A stretch of 64,000 nucleotides of DNA, from IMG/VR virus record IMGVR_UViG_3300042503_000209, positions 32,001-96,000 of that record. One strand, 5' to 3'. Shown here piece after piece: positions 20,001 to 30,703 of the stretch (position 1 is the first letter of the stretch; every line of letters starts with the position of its first letter). The notes under the pieces were generated by a model that was not told the origin of the DNA, ran no database searches, and was given only the letters and a program-made list of their open reading frames with translations. Source of the DNA: a virus. A program made the position numbers and the translations under genes.

Positions 20001-23000
20001 TTATGACCATCTATAGTTAATACATACAATTCTTCTCCTTTACCGTTTGTTTCTCTAACTCTAGTTAGTTTACCATAACTATTCATAATGGCATAAACTA
20101 GCATTGAGTTTACAGCTGGTCCAATATTACGAGCACCTTCTTTATTATTTTTGAAAGCTTTGTATTGACCGATCATAGAGTCAACATCAGATCCAGTTTC
20201 TACTAACACATCTCTTAGTATTGGGAATCTTTCAATAAAGCTATTAACAATATCTATAAGTGGTTGTACCTCAGCTACTTGGAATGCAGAAGCAACTTTT
20301 CCTTCTGTAGACTTAGTAACTCCATCATTGTTTTGAAGCTTAATCTTAGCTTCAAGAATACGGTTGTTAAGTACACCATTGTTAAGTTCACCATATTGTT
20401 CTACAGCTTTAGCATATTCATCTGCATTACTAGGTAATCCTAATTCTTTTAAAGCACTCTCAATCATCATTGAGTCTAGAGATCTACTAAATAAGTCTTT
20501 AGCTAGATCTTCAAAGCTTTGATAAACACCGCCCTCTTCATCACTATAAGTTTCTTCATTCACAGCTTCAGCTCTAAGTTGAGCAAGCTTTGTTTTAAAA
20601 GTCTTATTGCTTGACTGCAAGTACATTACATACTCAGTAAACTTACCGTCTTTAGTCTTAGCTGTACCATAAGGTATACGTTCTCCATCTTTACGATAGA
20701 AGTCCATAATTTGCATGTACACCTTATCAATATCAAAGTCAGCTCCAGATATTTCAATAAGCTCGTGAGGAAACACTGCTGTAGATCCGTAGAAAGCAGG
20801 TAAGAAATCAACCAACTTACTGGTTACAAATGAGTGCTTATCTTGTGAAGGAATACGTACTGCAAAAGATTTTAAAGCTGCTTCTGAAATAGATCCATCT
20901 TCATTATATAAGTTCATGTCTTCTCTAAAGTGAGGAGGCATCATATACTCTGTAAAGTAACCAGTAATATTACCTTGTTCATCAAACTCTGGAACGTTAT
21001 GTCTTAGATCATCTATGTAGATATCACCCACTTTAAGACCATCAAACTCACGATCTAGATTATTATTATAACGTTTAGCATCTTTAATTTGAGCTAATAA
21101 AGCTTTGTCTTTTTCATACTGGCGTCTAGTAATAACTTCCCAGCTTAAAGGTTGCCCGTTCTCATCTAATCTTGTTACACGTTTAGCAACCTTCATACCG
21201 TAGTTAGAAGCTAACGCTAAAGAGTGTCCTGGAGTTTTTTCACTCATAACACCTTTAGAAAAGTAAGCTAAGAATAACTGAGTAAACTTATCTAAAGTGA
21301 TAGGATGGTTAAGATCATACTTAGGTACATATTCACCAGTCTGCTCATTCTTAATAGGAGTAAAGAACTCAATAAGTTGTGAGTCAGCTCCTGTAGCTTT
21401 AAGAGTTTCAACTTGTTTATTTAAAAACTTACCAAGCTTAGGAGTAATCTGAGATTGTTTAAGTGACTTCTTAAGTTCTTTAAATGCACCTTCAATATCA
21501 AACATCTCATCACGAGCCGCAAAGTAGTTATTCTTAACACGTTGTTCAGTATCAGATAAATAGTTATCAATTACTTGACCAAGAGTCATCTCTTCACCCT
21601 GGAAATTAACTATAAGATCTCTTGACTGTTCTGCAATAATCAACTGCTTAGCTTGAGTAGGATCAGTAATTAATAACTTATTAGAAGGGTTTTCTAACTG
21701 AAGTCTCCAGAAGTTATTATCATGTTCTACAAAGTTCTCATCTGAAATAGAATTAGGGTCAGCAGCAATATTAGTCTTATATCCTTTAGAAGCAGACTTA
21801 GGTATAGCAAATGTAATAGTTTCATTTGCTGACTCATATGCCTCAAGCTTTTCTCTTATTGTATGAAGCTCTTCATATCCTGGTCTAGCTACCCAAGTAT
21901 TACCTTCTTCAACAGAAGTAAGTTGTTTACTTAATAGAATACCTGAAGTCTTAACATACTTCTTACCATCGTTATACACAAGCTTAATAGAGTTAGTCTG
22001 AGCATTATAGCTAACAGAACCTCCTCTTGTACGAGATATTCCATTTTTATCTTTATATATCTCTCCAAAGATATCTTTTGTAGATACACTTTCTCCTCTT
22101 TCAATTTTATCTAGTAAGTCAGCTTGAGCTTGATTAAGTTTACCAAGTCCAAACAATGTATAGCGGAAAGATTTTACAGACATCCACATTTGAGCATCTG
22201 CTTGTTCTTTATTCTTACCAGCATACTTACCTCTATATTGAGGATCATTAATTGTAACTACATGTGACTTTGTATTAGCATGATTAATGCCTAAGTTAGA
22301 TGCTGTAACAATACTAGAAATAGATGCTCCAGAACCATTCAAACCTTTATTACGCTTAACCTCATCAATACCACCATCGTTTTTATAGTTCTCAGCAGCA
22401 TCTCCAATAAACAATTGTCTAGCTGATAATGTATTAATAAAGTTGTTGATAAGTACCTGAGCTATATTATGTTCAGGTGCATCTACAACCATATTAAGCA
22501 TCTTATTTCTATCCTTATCAGTTTTATTATCAGATTTAAAACCTCTAAAAATATAATTAGTAAGAAGTCTATTCTCTAGTTTATCTTCTTTGGTTGCTCC
22601 AATTACGTTTTGTTCTTTTAAAACGGTAATCATTTCATCAAGTTTACCGCCATCCGCTAACCAATACTTTTCAATTTCATTTAGAATTTGGTCATTGTAT
22701 TGTGATATATCTTCAAAGTTTTTAGCAGCATCTTCTAAAGTAGATAATAAACTACCAAGCATATTACCAGTCTTAATAAACTTAAGACCTCTTTCTTCAC
22801 CATTATGGTATCCTTCTATAATACCATTTAAATAATTACCACTATTAATTTCAGTGGTCACTCTAGCTATTCTGTCAAACTCACGTTTAACTTCATTGAG
22901 CAACATATCCTTAGCTTCTTTAGTAAGAACTATCTTACCACTCTTATATTCTACAGCTCTGATTACAGGTAAGTTTAACATATCACCTGTGTTAGAAGCT

Positions 23001-26000
23001 TCCAATACTCCTAATAATACTGAAGAAGTCATAAACTGCTTAGTAGGTTGTCCTTCCTGACCAGGAATAACATGCTTTTTATTATTAGCATATAGATCAA
23101 ACAAACTAATTAAGAATTCACGGTCAGACATTGAGCCATAAGTAATACCTTCATTCTGGTTTACGTTAAGTCTCTTATCTTCTACTAAAGAACCATCTTC
23201 ATTTTTAGTAAGGCTAGATGATTTAATACCATCTATACGTGCAATCTTAAGACCGTCAGCAATATAGTTAAAGAACGGATTGTTCAATAAGTAGTTAGTA
23301 GTTAAGAACTTATCTTTTTTAAGTTCTTGACGGAACTCTTCACTCTGCAATTGTGCAGCTCTTACTAAGTTGTATGTTGGTAACTGATGTGAAAACACTA
23401 ATTCACCTTCTGCATTCTTATAAGAAGTAGAAGATACTTGCTCATCAAACACAGCATTACCAGCAGCTATCTTAGTCAAACGACCAATAGCAGCATCTAC
23501 ATCATCCTCTACATCTTCACTTTGTTCTTCAAATTCTTCCTCAGATATAACCTTTGGTTCTTCTGCAGCAGTAAGTGTAGCCACTTGCTCTTCAGATTCT
23601 GCAAGTTTGTCTGGGTCAATATTTGTACCAAAAGGATTCTTACCACTTCTAATAGAAGATGCAATCTCTCTAGCATCTGACTCAGTCATCACCTCTACAC
23701 CTTCAAAAGCTCTAAGTATTCTTAAGTCATTAGCTGTTAACTTTTTAGTATCAACAGTAGATAAATAACTATACTTAACAAACAATGGAGATAATGATAT
23801 ACCTAGTTCATCTTTTAGAGATAATACTATATTATCAATTTCAGTAGCTAGTACACTTTCCTTATAAGTGTTACCTTTCTTTAAAAGGGTAGCAAGCTTG
23901 TCTAATGCAGCTGTTTTAGATTTAATAAATCTAGAAAGACTTTCAGAATCTTTTGATACATTTTCATACTGATCAACAAAAAGTCTTAGGTATGCATTAT
24001 ACCAAATAGAAAACTGGTTTCTAGCAGCACCTTTACGATTAGCTTCACTAACTCTAGTTTCCTTTTTACTAATATCTTTATTAATAAAGTAGTAATCTAC
24101 TGAGAATTGGTTAAAACCTTTTATAACAGCTTGGAATAAATTAGCTTGATTCTTATTACCAATATCTATGAAGTTACCATCTTCGTCATATTGAAGATCG
24201 ACATCATTAGAAAACTTAGTCCAGAACTTTCTAGCTTCTGGATTATTCTCAGCAAATATTCTTAAACGCTCAAGCATCTGAAACTGATCTGTAGAACCAG
24301 CTACCGCTTTAAGAATACCATTATAAAGAACGTTTGCGTTTACAGCTTCAATTAGTACTTCTTCAGTAGGAGAACCATCCTCAGATATAAATCTAGTATT
24401 ACCAAATTCATCTGTAGTTTCTTCTACAATAGTAGATATATATTGACGTAGTTCTTTAGATAAAGAACCGTAACCACCAATGCTATAAGTTTCTTTCCAA
24501 TTATCAGTAGTCACTCTATCTCCATACTCATCTACTTTATCATCAAAGTCATTAGATTCAACCTCTTCCTGATAACCCATGATACGGGTATGTTCAATAA
24601 CAGCAACTTTAAGAACATTAAAAAAATCTTTATTTGAAAATACAGCAAATAATTGATCTAATTTTTCTATAGCTTTGCGTAAAGCTACTGGATCGTCTCC
24701 GTACCTATCAATAAACTCATCTGAATCATAATAAGGATTATTATTTTTATCATATAAGTTAGCATAATCTTCAAAAACAGTATCTAAAACATCTTCACTA
24801 TGCATTGTTAAACCTGCTTCAGACATACGTCTATGATATACTGCAGCAATAGTAGAAGCTAATATATCACCTTCTTGTTGACTTAAGTAAATAGGAATAG
24901 ATTCTCTTTCACCATCTTCATTATCTATTACAGTAGTTCCAATTTGAATAGCTTTTAAAGCTGTTTGTGTAATAGCAATATTAGGACCAGTAGTAAATCT
25001 ATTCTTTGCTAAAGAAGCATTTCTATAATTACCTTTCTCAATAGACTGAAATAAATCATCTAAAGGAGAAGCTTTAAGACGCTTAAAGAAGTTCTTAACG
25101 AAATCTAATAATCTTCTAAAAAAACTTTTATTTTCTGCAGATGTTGGTGTCTTAACGTCAGACTTCCATGCATCAAACTTATCAGCTAAGTATTCTTCAT
25201 ATACACGCTCTTCTAATTGCTCTTCTGTAAGCTTAGAGTAAAACTCAGGTTTAGTAGCTAGCAACTCTTGTTTAAGCTTAGCAATACTCTTACCTTGTTG
25301 ACGAAGTTCTTGTTTAGCTATATTTAAGTACTTATCAATCTGTTGATCAGTAAGTAACATACGGAATACAGCATGAAACGCTTCATGGTATTTAAACGGT
25401 GTATCTTTACCTACAGCAATCTTACCTTCTAGTTTATTATTTAACTCATTCATATGAGTGTAGAACATACCAACGGTAACACCCTCCACTTTCATTTGAC
25501 GAGCAATATTATTTAACTCTTCTACAGAAATAAACTCTGGAAGATTTTGTTGTGCCCATTTTTTAAATGCATTAATATGTACAACGTCTTGACCAGTAAG
25601 TCTATCTGAAACTTTAAGAGCAGCACTATTATTAATCTTAGCAATTTCTTGATTAATTGCAGCTACACGTGGTTCAGCATCATAATTATGCCTCATTACT
25701 TCACGTCTTGTTTTTCCAGATTTTTTTAAAGCATCACCAATTTCTCTAATTATAGCATATCTCTCATCTTTAAGATCTTGTAGCTGATCTTGAATACTCT
25801 TAGTCTGTTGCTTAGCTTTACGTTCTTCCTCTTCTTTACGTTTTTTTTCTTCCTGCTCTGCTATACGCTTAGCAATCATTTCAGCTTGTGCAGTATCTAT
25901 ATCAGAAGGTAGATTAATACCAGCTAGTTCTTCATCAGTAGGTTCCTCTTGTTGAGGTACTGGTCTCATTTCTGAAATAACAACATTGCTAGATGGAGAA

Positions 26001-29000
26001 ATTTGTTGTTTCTTAGGGTATATAAAAATACCTTCATTCTTTACAATACTTGGATTAACACCAGAAATCATCTGACGAGCTTCATCAACTGAAGCATTTT
26101 CAGAAAAAGTATTTTTAAAACTGTTTTTAGTTAATCTTACATTACCAATCTTATATGGAAATTTAGCATCATGATCTACAATAGCACGATTAATTCTTTC
26201 TATAAAGTCAGTGCTGTCCTTTATGTTTAAAGGTTTTTTACCATCAGATTCAGACTCTTGTAATACTATAATAGATCTCTGAGGATTCTTACTACCTTTT
26301 GTAAATGTTGCAAACTCTACTCTAACATTACCTGTTGGACTAAGAGCAATGTTCACTCTATAACCTCTTCTACCAGGTACAGCTACATAGATAGTTTGAT
26401 TAATCTCATTATTAATATCATCCGCTGCTGAAGTATCAACCGCAGCAAAATAAGTTTTATCTGTTTTTGGATCAGTCTTTTCTTCTAGATTGTTTTCTTT
26501 AATTTCTTTAGACTTAGCATTGATTCTTTGTACTAAATCATTAAAGCTTTCTGTAGAATAAACACTTGGTTGTAATTCTATAAACTTAATACTACCGTTA
26601 GGTAATTCTACTACAGCTACATAACGACCATAGTTTCTAAGCTTATCTTCACCGCCTTCAAATCTAGCAGCTTCAATTCTTTTTTCTAGTTCTTCAGTAT
26701 TAAGAGACTCTGTAATAGGAGCATTGGGAACATCTTCATACATTCCGTTTCCTAAATACTTAGTTCTACGATCATAGATATAAGTAGAACCACCTATTGT
26801 ACTGTAATCTAAATCATCTAAAGTAACTCTTGTATCACCTTCTTCTGCAAAATCATATTCACCAGCCGATGGTACAACATTAAATAAGCCATTAACCTCC
26901 TCATTGTTTAAAGTAACTTCGGTAGCACCTCCTAACAACTGGTTAGTCATTGCACTATATAACTTCATACCAGAAGCATAGCTTTCTTTAAACTTTCTAA
27001 ACTCCTCATTAACATCTTTCTTTTGAGGATCAAAAATTTGTATAAACTGGTCTTTAGTAATATTACTTAAAGCAATAGGTTTACCAGCATTATCTAAATA
27101 TGTGTATCTATTATAGTATGTAACAAAACCAATAGTCTCACCACCATATACAATTTCAATCTTGTATGGTTCTGGGTTCTGCTGTAGATGTCTATTTTGA
27201 TCTGTACCTTCACTACCAACTAAAGTTGTATTACCAAGAGTTTGATTCTTAGTAATCTTAATAGTAACACCAGACTGAAAAGCATCTTTAGACGTAGTAT
27301 AAATAAGTTGTCTTAATCTAGCATTAGCTTGCTCTTGAGTTTCATCCTCATTTCTTTTAGCATAAATTCTATTAAGCTCATTAGTTCTTTTTAGTCTAAA
27401 TGCGTCAGGATTTTCTGGTTGTAACGCAGCTTCAAAAGCACTTTCTAGTTTATAACCAGCAAGACTTTCAATAGTAAGAGTAGCTGCAGAACCCTGCATA
27501 GGCTGAATAGTAATCTTAGGTTTACCTTGTATTAGTTTAGGCTTAGTCTTTGTAATTACTCTATACTTTCTTCCTTTAGCATCTACAAGAATATCACCAA
27601 ACTTTAATGTTTGACCATCAAATTGATACTCAGCATACTCGTCTTTATTAAGCTCTGCCAATGCTTCAAAATAAGTTGTAACTTCTTCTAAAGATTCATA
27701 TGCTTTAGCAGCTTCCCATAATGGGAACTTCTTAGCATCTAACGTTAGCTCTGTTACAGGAGCCCCTCTTCTATTTAAAATATAATAGAACTTAGAACCT
27801 TCGTATTCTTCTTCTATAAGATAAATACCGTTTTTCTTATTTATTACTTTAGCACCTTCAGGAAGACCATCTGGTACATCTTCAGTCTGTTCAGTTGGAG
27901 CTAATGGATCTTTTCTTTCTACCGGAGGCTTACCTTCAAACTCATTTTTAATTTCCTCTAAATGCTCTTCTAAAAGTTTTTTACCAGTAGTGTCAATAGA
28001 TTCCATCAATCTTTGGTGCACCCTTACAAACTGAATAGGGTTAGCCATAATGTTATAAGCATCTACATACTCTTTAACATCATTATTAAGATCAATATAT
28101 TCAGTAAGATTCTTATAGATTTCTTGAATGTCATCCGCTTTTATAGTAGTATCAATACCTGCCTCTTTGTTCTTAGCATTAACATACTTCTCAAAACTTT
28201 TAGCTGCCTTGTTAAACTTACGTTTCTGACCAGGCTCCATACTCTTAAGATCCTGATGGTGTTGTAACCACTCTTCTAAAGATTTTAATTGTTCTTTCTT
28301 AGATTTAAGAAGCTCTCTAGTTGCAGTATCCTTTTTAGGATTAGCAGCTAGTGCTTCAATCTCAGCTTTAAGAATATCAATTTCTTTCTGTGTGTTTTGA
28401 ATAACACCTAGATTACGGAACGCTGTACCCACAGAAGCACCAATTTGTGGTGTAGCTGCCATTTCAGTTTGTAACTGAACAGCACGCTGAGCTGCTTTAT
28501 GAGCTTTGTAATCATTAGTAGCCATTATTTCAATAGCATCATCTAACGCACGCTTAGCCATTAAAGCAGTCTTACGCTCTGGTGTACCCTCTTTGTACAT
28601 ATCAATTAGTACAGAGTCACCATATTTATCTTTAAGAGCTTTCCAATTCTTATGGAATGTCTCTACATCATTTGCAATATTATTAAAAAAGTCTTTGGTT
28701 GATTTAATGTTGTCTGCAGTTTTGTCTAAGCCAAAAGCTTGTTTAAACTCTTCGTCATTAAATGTCTCACCATACCCACGTAATGTGTCAAGAACTGCTC
28801 CTGCCATATCTGTTTTGATAGCAGAAGAAATCATTTTAGCAAAACCTGAGTTCTTATTGTTGTTAAAAACATATTGGTCTCTGTTAGCAACAGCTTCCTC
28901 CATGTTCTTAGCAATCTTATTTTGTACTTTAATATTAGCTATATGCTCTGGTAAAAACTTATTAGGGTTTTCATAGAAAGCATTAACCTCTCTTACAGCT

Positions 29001-30682
29001 TCATTAATATTTTTATAACGTGTAGCTCTTTGCTCTGATGTGGTAGATGCAAACTCTTTAGTTTTACCAACTGTATAGTTGATAGGAGATAACAATCTTC
29101 CAGTCAAAGCTCCCATTAAAAAGGTCTTTAAACCTTGAATGTTAGCTTGCTCATCAATAGCTTTGTCTATTGATTTATCCATAGTTGTACCCTTATACCC
29201 GTGGTACAAATCATAATAGTAATCTTGTAAAGCTATATTAGAACCTTCTTGGAACAATTCCTGAAGACCTTCGCTTGCTTCCCATTTAAATACATTCTTA
29301 CCTAAAGACTTTGTTGCTTGCCATGCAGCTGTACGACCACCAAAATCTCTAGCTACCTGACCAATTAAACCTAATGTTCCTAACTTACCTTTTGTATATA
29401 GTTTAGTAGTTTCTTCTGCAGCTTCTTTACCTACACGTTTACCAGTTACTTTTAATACATCATCTGCAAATTCACCGGTAGTACCAAATAATCCACGGCT
29501 AGTTCCAAACTTAGAAAATAAGTTATCAAATTGTAAGCGGTTACTTAACATCAAGATACCTGTATTAACCATAAAGTTATCTTGAGCTGCAGCTTGTGCA
29601 GAAGCTTTCATTCTTTCTTCTTGAGCAAAACTAGGAGCTTGTCCTGTTTTCTGAAGTTCTTCATCATATAACTTATTATATAATTCTCCATATGTACCAG
29701 CAGCTTCCATACGAGCTTCTGTAGTAGCCATATTAACTTCAGATAAAGCACGTCTTAAACCACCTACACCAATAGCTGCCATTTGTCCAATACCTGCCCC
29801 AGCTTTACCGTACTTACTTAATGTGTAAGCAGTATCACCTAAAGGTACAAGTTGTCTAGCACCTTGTACTAAACCTTCGGCAACTGAACGAGATTTCCAT
29901 ACTGGACTACCAAGTCTAGTTAAATCTGCAGCAATGTCTGCTTTACTAATAACTTTACCAAAAATAGAAGGTGCTTTTAAACCTAACTTAGCTATTGAAA
30001 ACTCAGTGGATAAACCAAATGTAATAAGCTCTTCTGTTAAGAATTGACCAATAGCTCCTACAGCAAAACCAGATTGCTGTAACATATCACCAAAAAACTT
30101 ACGGTTGAATATACCTTCTTCAGATTCAGGTGTTGAATAGATAGCATATCTATTCATAATGTCTTTAGTAATCTTATCTTGTTCTAAAAGTTGTTCTGGA
30201 GTACCTAATAAATCTTGTTTAGCCTCATCCCAACTACTACTTGCTATAGCATCTGTTAAGTTAGCCCAACCTTTCCATCCTTCAATATAAGTATTACCTG
30301 CTAATCTAAACATACCGTTTAGACCATTAGACCAAATATCTCCCCAAGTTTGACGAGCTCCATACTTATATTCATTATTAGTTTGACCAGATGGATCAAA
30401 ACCTAATATATTAAAGTTATCCGAACTCTTATATCTATCTACTTGAGCTGCATTATAATCAAAAAACTTTGGAGCAGCTAATCTATTCATAGTAGCTCGT
30501 GAACTACTAAAAGCATCAAGACCACTTTGTACAATATCTACACCAGAAGATATAGGTGCTGAAATACTAGGACGAGCTAGTAAATCTAACATACTAGTAT
30601 TGGTTTCTGGTAAAGGAAGAAATGGATCTTGAGAATAAACTCCTTGTAATTCTTGAGGTATTACACCAGTTTCTAGTGCCAT
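17045..30682 (-). CDS. giant virion RNA polymerase polyprotein (crAss-like, two-barrel), 4545 aa
   Basis: RIPSQ...SGADFDIDK catalytic motif (20723-20746); zincin HEAFH (25373-25387); glycine/alanine-rich hydrophobic N-terminal region. Confidence 0.88.
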   Translation of the reverse strand: MALETGVIPQELQGVYSQDPFLPLPETNTSMLDLLARPSISAPISSGVDIVQSGLDAFSSSRATMNRLAAPKFFDYNAAQVDRYKSSDNFNILGFDPSGQTNNEYKYGARQTWGDIWSNGLNGMFRLAGNTYIEGWKGWANLTDAIASSSWDEAKQDLLGTPEQLLEQDKITKDIMNRYAIYSTPESEEGIFNRKFFGDMLQQSGFAVGAIGQFLTEELITFGLSTEFSIAKLGLKAPSIFGKVISKADIAADLTRLGSPVWKSRSVAEGLVQGARQLVPLGDTAYTLSKYGKAGAGIGQMAAIGVGGLRRALSEVNMATTEARMEAAGTYGELYNKLYDEELQKTGQAPSFAQEERMKASAQAAAQDNFMVNTGILMLSNRLQFDNLFSKFGTSRGLFGTTGEFADDVLKVTGKRVGKEAAEETTKLYTKGKLGTLGLIGQVARDFGGRTAAWQATKSLGKNVFKWEASEGLQELFQEGSNIALQDYYYDLYHGYKGTTMDKSIDKAIDEQANIQGLKTFLMGALTGRLLSPINYTVGKTKEFASTTSEQRATRYKNINEAVREVNAFYENPNKFLPEHIANIKVQNKIAKNMEEAVANRDQYVFNNNKNSGFAKMISSAIKTDMAGAVLDTLRGYGETFNDEEFKQAFGLDKTADNIKSTKDFFNNIANDVETFHKNWKALKDKYGDSVLIDMYKEGTPERKTALMAKRALDDAIEIMATNDYKAHKAAQRAVQLQTEMAATPQIGASVGTAFRNLGVIQNTQKEIDILKAEIEALAANPKKDTATRELLKSKKEQLKSLEEWLQHHQDLKSMEPGQKRKFNKAAKSFEKYVNAKNKEAGIDTTIKADDIQEIYKNLTEYIDLNNDVKEYVDAYNIMANPIQFVRVHQRLMESIDTTGKKLLEEHLEEIKNEFEGKPPVERKDPLAPTEQTEDVPDGLPEGAKVINKKNGIYLIEEEYEGSKFYYILNRRGAPVTELTLDAKKFPLWEAAKAYESLEEVTTYFEALAELNKDEYAEYQFDGQTLKFGDILVDAKGRKYRVITKTKPKLIQGKPKITIQPMQGSAATLTIESLAGYKLESAFEAALQPENPDAFRLKRTNELNRIYAKRNEDETQEQANARLRQLIYTTSKDAFQSGVTIKITKNQTLGNTTLVGSEGTDQNRHLQQNPEPYKIEIVYGGETIGFVTYYNRYTYLDNAGKPIALSNITKDQFIQIFDPQKKDVNEEFRKFKESYASGMKLYSAMTNQLLGGATEVTLNNEEVNGLFNVVPSAGEYDFAEEGDTRVTLDDLDYSTIGGSTYIYDRRTKYLGNGMYEDVPNAPITESLNTEELEKRIEAARFEGGEDKLRNYGRYVAVVELPNGSIKFIELQPSVYSTESFNDLVQRINAKSKEIKENNLEEKTDPKTDKTYFAAVDTSAADDINNEINQTIYVAVPGRRGYRVNIALSPTGNVRVEFATFTKGSKNPQRSIIVLQESESDGKKPLNIKDSTDFIERINRAIVDHDAKFPYKIGNVRLTKNSFKNTFSENASVDEARQMISGVNPSIVKNEGIFIYPKKQQISPSSNVVISEMRPVPQQEEPTDEELAGINLPSDIDTAQAEMIAKRIAEQEEKKRKEEEERKAKQQTKSIQDQLQDLKDERYAIIREIGDALKKSGKTRREVMRHNYDAEPRVAAINQEIAKINNSAALKVSDRLTGQDVVHINAFKKWAQQNLPEFISVEELNNIARQMKVEGVTVGMFYTHMNELNNKLEGKIAVGKDTPFKYHEAFHAVFRMLLTDQQIDKYLNIAKQELRQQGKSIAKLKQELLATKPEFYSKLTEEQLEERVYEEYLADKFDAWKSDVKTPTSAENKSFFRRLLDFVKNFFKRLKASPLDDLFQSIEKGNYRNASLAKNRFTTGPNIAITQTALKAIQIGTTVIDNEDGERESIPIYLSQQEGDILASTIAAVYHRRMSEAGLTMHSEDVLDTVFEDYANLYDKNNNPYYDSDEFIDRYGDDPVALRKAIEKLDQLFAVFSNKDFFNVLKVAVIEHTRIMGYQEEVESNDFDDKVDEYGDRVTTDNWKETYSIGGYGSLSKELRQYISTIVEETTDEFGNTRFISEDGSPTEEVLIEAVNANVLYNGILKAVAGSTDQFQMLERLRIFAENNPEARKFWTKFSNDVDLQYDEDGNFIDIGNKNQANLFQAVIKGFNQFSVDYYFINKDISKKETRVSEANRKGAARNQFSIWYNAYLRLFVDQYENVSKDSESLSRFIKSKTAALDKLATLLKKGNTYKESVLATEIDNIVLSLKDELGISLSPLFVKYSYLSTVDTKKLTANDLRILRAFEGVEVMTESDAREIASSIRSGKNPFGTNIDPDKLAESEEQVATLTAAEEPKVISEEEFEEQSEDVEDDVDAAIGRLTKIAAGNAVFDEQVSSTSYKNAEGELVFSHQLPTYNLVRAAQLQSEEFRQELKKDKFLTTNYLLNNPFFNYIADGLKIARIDGIKSSSLTKNEDGSLVEDKRLNVNQNEGITYGSMSDREFLISLFDLYANNKKHVIPGQEGQPTKQFMTSSVLLGVLEASNTGDMLNLPVIRAVEYKSGKIVLTKEAKDMLLNEVKREFDRIARVTTEINSGNYLNGIIEGYHNGEERGLKFIKTGNMLGSLLSTLEDAAKNFEDISQYNDQILNEIEKYWLADGGKLDEMITVLKEQNVIGATKEDKLENRLLTNYIFRGFKSDNKTDKDRNKMLNMVVDAPEHNIAQVLINNFINTLSARQLFIGDAAENYKNDGGIDEVKRNKGLNGSGASISSIVTASNLGINHANTKSHVVTINDPQYRGKYAGKNKEQADAQMWMSVKSFRYTLFGLGKLNQAQADLLDKIERGESVSTKDIFGEIYKDKNGISRTRGGSVSYNAQTNSIKLVYNDGKKYVKTSGILLSKQLTSVEEGNTWVARPGYEELHTIREKLEAYESANETITFAIPKSASKGYKTNIAADPNSISDENFVEHDNNFWRLQLENPSNKLLITDPTQAKQLIIAEQSRDLIVNFQGEEMTLGQVIDNYLSDTEQRVKNNYFAARDEMFDIEGAFKELKKSLKQSQITPKLGKFLNKQVETLKATGADSQLIEFFTPIKNEQTGEYVPKYDLNHPITLDKFTQLFLAYFSKGVMSEKTPGHSLALASNYGMKVAKRVTRLDENGQPLSWEVITRRQYEKDKALLAQIKDAKRYNNNLDREFDGLKVGDIYIDDLRHNVPEFDEQGNITGYFTEYMMPPHFREDMNLYNEDGSISEAALKSFAVRIPSQDKHSFVTSKLVDFLPAFYGSTAVFPHELIEISGADFDIDKVYMQIMDFYRKDGERIPYGTAKTKDGKFTEYVMYLQSSNKTFKTKLAQLRAEAVNEETYSDEEGGVYQSFEDLAKDLFSRSLDSMMIESALKELGLPSNADEYAKAVEQYGELNNGVLNNRILEAKIKLQNNDGVTKSTEGKVASAFQVAEVQPLIDIVNSFIERFPILRDVLVETGSDVDSMIGQYKAFKNNKEGARNIGPAVNSMLVYAIMNSYGKLTRVRETNGKGEELYVLTIDGHKFNSYEYNKAFQKRTEIGDGGAVSEVEGYTGERIFYHISAIVSAMTDNAKERLAARLGLNINAVGVVSNMVALGVPLETALMFNLQPSVREFYKRIAVASKKIKTPQEQDLVKAKVGEELLEELSNELVKDSTLPEITTELLENNIKSAGSNPEANVAIFSSFLNFYNQTSYYSAVAQVLKLSKGLGTSNEAIDAIEEKEEMLGLNMDDSTFSESKLPFDLRQVLTGKDASKPHHNITANYLRIKNQIQDLQKSIFMEKTYIFQRFKETILKNLRVNSKEAETFNVTLKRDIISYLGIKAYMQYLKVNGKGAKLAGLDNSMIYDAEAVARGDQFMDIIDTVKSIRQQLPKNYFANKFLNIVPVKLYDVNSGQEYFNAKSRGGINTVESNTWAKLGQHEQNRIEDSFLEIYSNPKTRSLAYNLFNYLIVKDGAQFKSGSFIKFIPPAMFKELLDSTGAAHQLLKEDSLVGNTEKYKEIFGSTAPEMFNEFTSLYTTNINNTFNITRVFAGKKVNAQAEKNKPKGYVPEVIMQSEDETILAIDLFGGVRKPELMLLIDEFGNEFYTEVLEKGKFEQKDLDKLNYNKEVLKANGFKLTNRPDEQGNNRYYIELPYTVKILTGEKGVNEKATYYKLRSVAKKVSTATAFSRTTKILKREDLQKNPGTLYVFGDNDTRKGLGGQAKEMRGEPNAMGISTKKAPNMDDSAFKSDADFEENARIITQDIDAIIAVWNTGKYNKLTVPPIGVGLAKLAEKAPRTWEYLNAELKRLEEVVTQSTPIEGVGSFIKNVGDTIALSNTAVYEKFEPTGSRKQWKVGGLTGEMPTNLVLRNRKASNNNKFNLSEAALAKAEIELDNIIGNFDPLRFSTEARDLQEDWGITFQIVGNKLTFYKKENGKDVKYDTEITEPAELLRVLKETRQEQPVSPKAMKNTFKATDESEGEMPNFTNPVPTDIDPEEAKKNLQKLLAAKRSELQERKKEDDAGCKGE

Positions 30683-30703
30683 GAATCTATCTTTATGTAT
30701 TGA

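Noticed and set aside
1364-30682. Introns or inteins in polB, nrdA/B or vRNAP
   Set aside because: Catalytic motifs are contiguous at normal spacing; no intein termini or homing endonuclease motifs recognised
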